Positions 22,867-30,125 of a stretch of DNA of 30,125 nt are shown piece by piece. Below the pieces are notes generated by a model. It did not search any database. It had not been told where the DNA came from and saw only the letters and a program-made list of their open reading frames with translations. A program made the position numbers and the translations under genes. How positions within the stretch are numbered: the stretch's first letter is position 1; each line of letters begins with the position of its first letter. Source of the stretch: Lama guanicoe (Eukaryota). The stretch covers positions 62,001 through 92,125 of the forward strand of contig MU053158.1 in NCBI GenBank assembly GCA_013239625.1, given 5' to 3'.

Positions 22867-24096
22867 GAGAAATGGGGAATTAAGGGGATTAACATCTTCT
22901 GGGTAACTATTATGTGCCAGATATGATATTCACGCTTTAAAATATAACCAGATAAGATGAAGTTTCCCATAATTGCAGAGTTTTAAACCAACATCTTAAG
23001 GGCCAGAAAAAATATAATATTGCCAGTACTCATCCAGTTTTAAATTGATTCCTGTATCATCTGTGCAGGACTTGTAGAGTGCTTGTTTCTGCCAGCATTA
23101 ACCCATCACCCACTTCTGGCCTCCACACATGGGAGGCAAGAGGATCAGGGAATTGACCCAAGGGTCCCGAGGCCTCATCTGGAGAGAGCGTTCCATGCAC
23201 TCCCCGCCTCCCACGGTGCAGCCACAGAAGGGCCCCTCCTCCTCTCAAGCTAAGTGAGCAGGCTTCCCGGGCACTGCCCGAAAGCATGGTATACGTTTCC
23301 TGGATTTGACTAAGGGTTTGGTCTCTGATTCACCCATGAAAAATTTAAAGGAGAGTTTCTGATTCTTTTCCCACGGCAAGTTTCTCAGCCCAAGTTAGGC
23401 CCAGCTGGTTGAGAGAAGAAATATTCACTGTTGAAGTTTAGAGTTTTTAAGATGACACTGGAGTTAATTTTGAGTATTAAGGAAGAAGGACCAGCTATTA
23501 TCTGAAACTCCCTAGGAAAGCTTTGGCCTGGAGCACCTTTTATGCAGAAGAAAGCAATAAACAAAGGCCTGTGACTGCAGTTGCTTTCCATCATCTGAGA
23601 CCAACTACTGTTACTACCTGGGTTAAGCACACAGTGTCTCTAACCCAGATAATGATAAAATCCTGTCCATAGTCACACAGCCAGAAACTATGTTTTTAAA
23701 ATTTTTATTTTATGAATTTTGTGTTCTTTTCAATAAATCACATTGTTAAGTGAATTTACTACAAACCCACAAACAAATATTTCTGCCTAGTTTCTCATTA
23801 CTTCCCCAAATAAACTTCTAGTCAGATGATAATAATCACCCTTTACAAACTTGCCTTGTTTATTTTTTACTTTATCTGTACTTAAATTGACTTCCTTCAT
23901 TTTCTGCCTATTTTAATGCCACCACATGTATTAAATACACAAGTCATCTCAGGCTGAATTTAATCTCTACTTTAAAGCAACTCATGCACGTATGTACATG
24001 CTTTTTACAAAAATGCAAAGCAATACTTGATAATTGCCTGATAGATGCAAAGACTTATGGGAGGTCAGAGGAAAGTTTCACTACTTCTGACTAGAG

Positions 24097-24358
24097 CAGG
24101 CATCCTCAGATGGGACAAAAAATGGTTCTTGAGGGTGGAAAACAAGAAAACTCACTCTTTTTTATCTATTAAGCAGAGATATACATATGGAGCATAAACA
24201 TATACAGTCTATCATATACAGTGTTCAAAATTCATGGAGAAGACAATTAGGAAAAAAATGTTTCCAGAGGCTCTTGTGTGGTTAAGGGAGGTACAGTGAC
24301 AATAAAAATAAAAAAACAAAACAAACAAACAAACAAAGAAAAACTTTGCCAAACACTA
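24097..24358 (+). mobile_element. hAT-Charlie MITE (MER20B-like, internally deleted) with perfect 8-bp TSD
   Basis: GACTAGAG at 24089-24096 and 24359-24366 (hAT 8-bp TSD with CTAG core); ends CAG... and ...AAACACTA; internal AAAATTCATGG...ATTAGGAAAAAAATGT; contains (CAAA)n. Confidence 0.8.
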
Positions 24359-24389
24359 GACTAGAGGAATTAGTGAAAACAACGAGAAG

Positions 24390-26088
24390 AATTTTTTTAA
24401 ATTTCTATTTGAAACTATTTTTAGAATTTTAAAATGTTGTAAATCTAGTACAGAAAGTTTATGCCTATCCCTTACCCAGCATTTCCCCTATTCCTTCTGA
24501 CTTCTTCCTTTTTCTCTTTCTTTCGGTTTCCTGTAGTTAGAAGCTAGTATGCCTCGGTGTAGTGTTTTTTGGCATTTATTCTGCTTATTCTCTGAATTTC
24601 TTGGAACTCTGGTTTGGTGTCTGACATTAATTTGGGGAAATTCTCGGTCATTATTGTTTCAAATATTTCTTCTGTCCCTTTCTTTCTTCTCCTTCTGGCA
24701 TTCTTTTTATGCACATGCTACACCTTATGTAGTTTTCCCACAATCCTTGGATATTTTTTTTTCAGTCTTTGTTCTTTTCACTTTTCAGTCTTTGAAATTT
24801 CTAGTCATATATCCTCAAGCTCAAGGATTCTTTCCTCAGCCACGTCCAGTCTACCAATAGGTTCATCAAAGGCATCCTTCATTTTTATTGCAGTGATATT
24901 TAATTCCAGCATTTCTTCTTGGTTCTTTCTTAGGATTGCCTGTCTCTGCTTACATTGCCTATCTGCTCTTGCATGCTGTCTATTTTATCCATTAGAGCTT
25001 TTAGCAAGTTAATCATAATTGTTTTAAACACCCAGTCTGATAATTCAGGTATCCCTGCCATGTCTGGCTCTTGATGCTTTCTCTGTCTCTTCAAATTGTG
25101 TTCTTTGCCTTTTAGTATGCCTTGTCATTTTTTCTTGACAGCTGGATGTGCTGTAACTGGTAAAAGGAAGTGCTGTAAATAGGCCTTTAATACTGTGGTG
25201 GTGAGGTGTGTATGTGTGTGGGGGACGTGTTCTATCATCCTATGATTAGATTTCAGCCTTTCAGGGAGCCTACACCTGCCTCTGTTAGGGGAACTTCCAC
25301 GTGTTTCTCATGTTTTTCCTCAGATGGAACAGGATGTCTAGAGTGGGCTGGAGGTAGGTCATTCCTTTCTCCCACCTGGAAGAGTTAACTGAAGTTGCGT
25401 ATGTCACTTCCTCCAGGTCAGTTAGGCTCTGTAAATGCCCCAGCAGTTAGACTCTAGTTAGCTGGCTTCTCCTGAGGGCAGGCCTTGTTAAGAAGAACAG
25501 ATGCTCTGGTGTATTTCAAAAAGGTCTCTTTCCCTCTTTCCATCCTGGAAGCGTGAGAGAATTTTTCTCCACTTGTTACTGTGGGAACTTGGTCAAATTC
25601 CTAGTGGTACACCTGATGACTGCCCCCATCTCCCAGAGTGTGTGACTCTCCGACTCATCCACAGTGAACCGACAGCAGTTAGTCAGCTGGAGTTCAGGTT
25701 TTCCTGCCCCAGCATGGGTTCCCACTGAGCTCCTGTGAGTGAGTCTCTGCTGGTGTAGGTTGGGGCTCCCTGTTGCCTGCCTGTCTCTCCAGTCTTGGGG
25801 GCAGTGGTTTGCCTGCATCTTCCCCTCTGATATTAATCAAGAAGAGCTGATTTTTCAGTCTGTTCAGCTTTTTACTTGTTGTTAGGATGGAGTGGCAGAA
25901 CCATAAACCAGAGGCCCCCTCCCAACATTTCTTAGAGCCACATCTTACATAAACATAGTATAGTGATCAGAACCAAGAAATGAAATTGATACTATACTAG
26001 TAACTAAATACCTTATTTGAATTTCACAAACTTTCCTACAAATTTCTTTTTCTAGGATCCAAAATTACATTTATCATTTCTCCTTAGT
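24390..26088 (-). mobile_element. L1MC4-like 3' end split by an L1 insert (halves ~24390-24492 and ~25938-26088)
   Basis: TAGTACAGAAAGTTT...CCCTTACCCAGCATTTCCCCTA | ACATCTTACATAAACATAGTA...AACCAAGAAAT...TCTAGGATCCAA is collinear with the recalled antisense consensus. Confidence 0.7.
24495..25915 (-). mobile_element. L1MD-like 5'UTR plus part of ORF1 (degenerate)
   Basis: Antisense ORF1 text GGTTTGGTGTCTGACATTAATTTGGGGAAATTCTCGGTCATTATTG; 5' end TTTTTCAGTCTGTTCAGCTTTTTACTTGTTGTTAGGATGGAGTGGC. Confidence 0.8.
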
Positions 26089-26671
26089 TTTCTTCTTCAC
26101 CTGGGGTAAATTTACTCCCTAGAAAAGACTGGGCAATGTCTGGAGACACTTTTAGTTTCTAAAACTGGAGACATGCTGCTGTCATCTAATGGGTAGAGGC
26201 CAGGGATGCTATTAAACTTCTTTTCTTTTAAACTTAGCCAATTTATTAAATGTTGTTCCATTCTCATTTTTTATAATTTTTTAATTGATGTATAGACATT
26301 TACAGTGTGTCAGTTTCTGGTGTGCAGCATGAAGTCCCAGTCATGCAAATGCATAATATATTCATTTTCATATTCTTTTTCATTAAAGGCTATTACAAGA
26401 TATTGCATATAGTTCCCTGTGCTATACAGAAGAAATTTGTTTTTTAATCTATTTTTATATATAGTAGTTAATATTTGCAAATCTCAGACTCCCAAATTTA
26501 TGCCTTGCCACCTCCTTCCCCCAGTAACCATACAATTGTTTACTATGTCTGTGAGTCTGTTTCTGTTTTGTAGATGTATTAAACTTCTTATAATGCAAAG
26601 ACAGCACCCCCATCTCAATGAGAATTATCCAGCCCATAATGTCAAAAGAGTGTCACAGCTGAGAAATTCAG
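26086..26671 (+). mobile_element. MER20 (hAT-Charlie) split by an L1 insertion
   Basis: GGCAATGTCTGGAGACACTTTT...CATCTAATGGGTAGAGGCCAGGGATGCTATTAAAC | TAATGCAAAGACAGC...GAATTATCCAGCCCATAATGTCAA. Confidence 0.9.
26223..26576 (-). mobile_element. Lineage-specific L1 3'UTR, 5'-truncated, 13-bp TSD
   Basis: TSD TATTAAACTTCTT at 26210-26222 and 26577-26589; TATAGTTCCCTGTGCTATACAG; CTATGTCTGTGAGTCTGTTTCTGTTTTGTA. Confidence 0.92.
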
Positions 26672-26779
26672 AGTTGAGGGAACAGCATGTGCACAAGCTT
26701 GAATGTGGAAGATGCACAGCAGTTTGAAAGAATAATTAATTGTCCAGGATGAGTAATGCACAGCTGACATTTTAGAAAA

Positions 26780-27173
26780 CATCTTAGTCAGCTTGGGCTG
26801 CTGTAACAAAATACTGTAGACTGGGTGGCTTAAATAATAGACATTTAATTCTCATGGTTCTAGAAGTTAGGAGGTCCAAGATCAAGGTGCTGGCAGATTT
26901 GGTTCCTAGTCAGAATCCACCTTCTGTCTTGCAGATGGCTGCCATCTTGCCATGTGCTCACGTGACCTCTTTTTTGTGTGCATAGACAGAGAGTTTTCTC
27001 TCTCTTGCTTTTTTTTTAATGGGAACACTAATCCCATTAGGGATGCTCCACCCTCAAGACCTCATCTAAACCTAATTATCTCCAAAGGCCCCATCTCTTA
27101 ATAACATCACATTGGCAATTAGGGAATCAACCTATGAATTGGAGCAGGGGACACAAATGTTCAGTTCATAATA
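26780..27173 (-). mobile_element. MaLR solo LTR (MLT1A-like)
   Basis: TCTTAGTCAGCTTGGGCTGCTGTAACAAAATAC...GTCCAAGATCAAGGTGCTGGCAGATTTGG...GACCTCATCTAAACCTAATTA...GGGGACACAAATGTTCAGTTCATA. Confidence 0.9.
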
Positions 27174-27478
27174 GAAGGGGACATCTCAGCCAGCAATTCT
27201 TTTTTAAATGTAAAGTCAGCTTAGGTGGTTTAAGTGCAATGCTAGCAAGGTTAGGCCTTATTTATGTAATTAATTGACATTTGTAGTTTTTTGTTTGTTT
27301 GTTTTGCAGGGTGGGGGGCTTGTTTGGAGTGGCTGTCCAGCATCCAACCTCCCCCCGGATTTAGGGCATCCCCAGCCCATGTGGTGTCTATGTGATGCAG
27401 AACCTCTTCCCACTCGGTGGGAGCCAAAGTCCCCTGTCTTGTCTCCTGATGACAGTGTCTGCAGCAGAAGCAGCAGCG

Positions 27479-28501
27479 TCCTGGCCAGACACTTCCTGCT
27501 AAACTACAGTTATTGTATTTCCAGGAAAGCCCTCCCAACTGGCCTTTCCCCATACACATTTTTCAAATTTGGTTCACCAGCCTCCCATTAAGTCTGTCAT
27601 TATGTTCCATTTTCATTGCTAGAAAACGGGAATTGTTTTCTGAGCCTGCAGTCACAAGCCCTGACTGATGCAGTAGGTCCCTCTCTCAGGCTTTCCTCTA
27701 AGGGAAGGTATGCCATCGTAGACCTGCACTGAGATGTTCACTTTGACCAGTCTGCAGTGTGGCTGAACAAAGGGTAGGACTAGAGATAGTAAGAAGAAAT
27801 GTATTATAGTTGATCTGACAAGGTATAAATTATGAGCTTGAACAGGGAAAGAAAAGGAAGAAAACACAATGTGACTGTGGAGATATAATTAGTAAATTGA
27901 TACGACTTCGCGATTGCAAGTGTGAAGGGAAAGAGTGAAAAGAAGAGCAGAATTGGTCTGTGACTCTTGAGATAGTAATCTGAGCAGAATCCTGGCCAGA
28001 CACTTCCTGCTAAACTACAGTTATTGTACTTCCAGGAAAGCCCTCCCAACTGGCCTTTCCCCACACACATTTTTCAAACTTGGTTCACCAGCCTCCCATT
28101 AAGTCTGTCATTATGTTCCATTTTCGTTGCTAGAAAACGGGAATTGTTTTCTGAGCCTGCAGTCACAAGCCCTGACTGATGCAGTAGGTCCCTCTCTCAG
28201 GCTTTCCTCTAAGGGAAGGTATGCCATCGTCTCCCTGCACTGAGATGTTCACTTTGACCAGCCTGCAGTGTGGCTGAAAAAAGGGTAGGACTAGAGATAG
28301 TAAGAAGAAATGGATTATAGTTGATCTGACAAGGTATAAATTATGAGCTTGAACAGGGAAAGAAAAGGAAGAAAACACAATGTGACTGTGGAGATATAAT
28401 TAATAAATTGATCCGACTTCACGATTGCAAGTGTGAAGGAAAAGAGTAAAAAGAAGAGCAGAATTGGTCTGTGACTCTTGAGATAGTAATCTGAGCAGAA
28501 T
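27479..28501 (+). repeat. Tandem duplication A, period 511 bp (27479-27989 / 27990-28500)
   Basis: Direct alignment by eye: about 15 substitutions, no indels. Duplicated pseudo-ORFs 27652..27867 and 28163..28378 are offset by 511. Confidence 0.97.
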
Positions 28502-29616
28502 GTTAATTCTACTCCTGGAGAACAATATTGTGAGCCAGAGTCTGAGACACATGATAGTGTTTCAATATCAAAAGCGAGAACTTGAGGAAGAATAATTAGA
28601 TCCCTTCTGGAAATGCTGTATTTGAAATACCAGCAAAACATTTCTTAATATGATTGCTACTTGATTTGGGCTTACACTTAGTATAATGTTAATTACTGGT
28701 CCACAGATACTACTAACCCATAGCATGGGGCCTTCCACAGTGATGATATAAAGTATTGGCTTTCACCTATTACAGCGTTAGAGCATTTAAAGTAAGTATA
28801 TCAAAAGTTGTGAATATGTATGGAGACAGCTAAATAAAATAATCCTAAGCAAAGTTTGCCTAAATTTTACATTATTATAAATATTCTATAATCATAAATG
28901 GTAGATGAAGATATAGTATACTTCGAAATGCTCATAAAGTATAATGCAAACTATAATATATATAACCATTGAAGTAAAACAGATAAAAAAAAGGAAGAAA
29001 ACACAATGTGACTGTGGAGATATAATTAATAAATTGATCCGACTTCACGATTGCAAGTGTGAAGGAAAAGAGTAAAAAGAAGAGCAGAATTGGTCTGTGA
29101 CTCTTGAGATAGTAATCTGAGCAGAATGTTAATTCTACTCCTGGAGAACAATATTGTGAGCCAGAGTCTGAGACACATGATAGTGTTTCAATATCAAAAG
29201 CGAGAACTTGAGGAAGAATAATTAGATCCCTTCTGGAAATGCTGTATTTGAAATACCAGCAAAACATTTCTTAATATGATTGCTACTTGATTTGGGCTTA
29301 CACTTAGTATAATGTTAATTACTGGTCCACAGATACTACTAACCCATAGCATGGGGCCTTCCACAGTGATGATATAAAGTATTGGCTTTCACCTATTACA
29401 GCGTTAGAGCATTTAAAGTAAGTATATCAAAAGTTGTGAATATGTATGGAGACAGCTAAATAAAATAATCCTAAGCAAAGTTTGCCTAAATTTTACATTA
29501 TTATAAATATTCTATAATCATAAATGGTAGATGAAGATATAGTATACTTCGAAATGCTCATAAAGTATAATGCAAACTATAATATATATAACCATTGAAG
29601 TAAAACAGATAAAAAA
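28363..29616 (+). repeat. Tandem duplication B, period 626 bp (28363-28988 / 28989-29614)
   Basis: No differences seen by eye. Pseudo-ORF starts at 28641 and 29267 are offset by 626. Confidence 0.97.
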
Positions 29617-30125
29617 CTATTTTTCACTATTTTTAAATCCATGGCTTACTTCTTTAAAAAAAATACACTTTTGCTTGCTTATAATAAGATGCAAAGTTGA
29701 TTCATTCAAGCTAAACCTCTGTTTTTTATTGTAGTTCCTTCTCATACACACATCTCCTACCCAATGATGAGTACATTATTTTAATAAACATCAAGGTAAC
29801 TAGAAAGTGACAGCGTTAGAGCATTTAAAGTAAGTATATCAAAAGTTGTGAATATGTATGGAGACAGCTAAATAAAATAATCCTAAGCAAAGTTTGCCTA
29901 AATTTTACATTATTATAAATATTCTATAATCATAAATGGTAGATGAAGATATAGTATACTTCGAAATGCTCATAAAGTATAATGCAAACTATAATATATA
30001 TAACCATTGAAGTAAAACAGATAAAAAACTATTTTTCACAATTTTTAAATCCATGGCTTACTTCTTTAAAAAAAACACACTTTTGCTTGCTTATAATAAG
30101 ATGCAAAGTTGATTCATTCAAGCTA
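29398..30125 (+). repeat. Tandem duplication C, period 412 bp (29398-29809 / 29810 to window end)
   Basis: ACAGCGTTAGAGC at 29398 and 29810; 2 substitutions seen in the 316 bp that can be compared. Confidence 0.96.

Noticed and set aside
24549..25012. Hydrophobic 103- and 132-aa ORFs resembling membrane proteins
   Set aside because: Antisense to degenerate L1 ORF1; the T-rich strand gives F/L/S-rich pseudo-ORFs.
27251..29267. Apparent paralogous small-ORF family
   Set aside because: Products of the tandem duplications; no recognisable domain or splice structure.
27479..30125. CRISPR-like or repeat-spacer array
   Set aside because: Units are 400-600-bp contiguous duplications with no short repeat/unique spacer pattern, in mammalian DNA.

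Overview
AT-rich, CpG-depleted eutherian genomic DNA, intergenic or deep intronic. I found no supportable protein-coding exon, RNA gene or CRISPR array; the listed ORFs are short, lie in repeats or low-complexity sequence, or are antisense to L1. A tRNA-derived SINE at 8089-8242 looks like the camelid Vic-1 type, and the L1 3'UTRs look cetartiodactyl, so the source is probably camel, alpaca or llama (inference). Most recognisable content is fossil transposable elements: L1, L2, MIR, MaLR/ERV LTRs, and hAT-Charlie, Tigger and mariner MITEs. Several are nested with readable target-site duplications (TSDs). Subfamily names are from recalled consensus sequences and need RepeatMasker/Dfam confirmation. 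The main structural observations are: (1) a chain of three overlapping tandem duplications at 27479-30125 (periods 511, 626 and 412 bp; pattern a-b-a-b-c-d-b-c-d-e-d-e), either serial template switching or an assembly artefact; (2) a TSD-bounded MLT1D-like provirus with an internal inversion and an inserted L2-containing segment; (3) a probable L1 3' transduction; (4) a micro template-switch palindrome; (5) a CpG-enriched patch with CRE-like palindromes. I do not see evidence for a novel multi-gene system.
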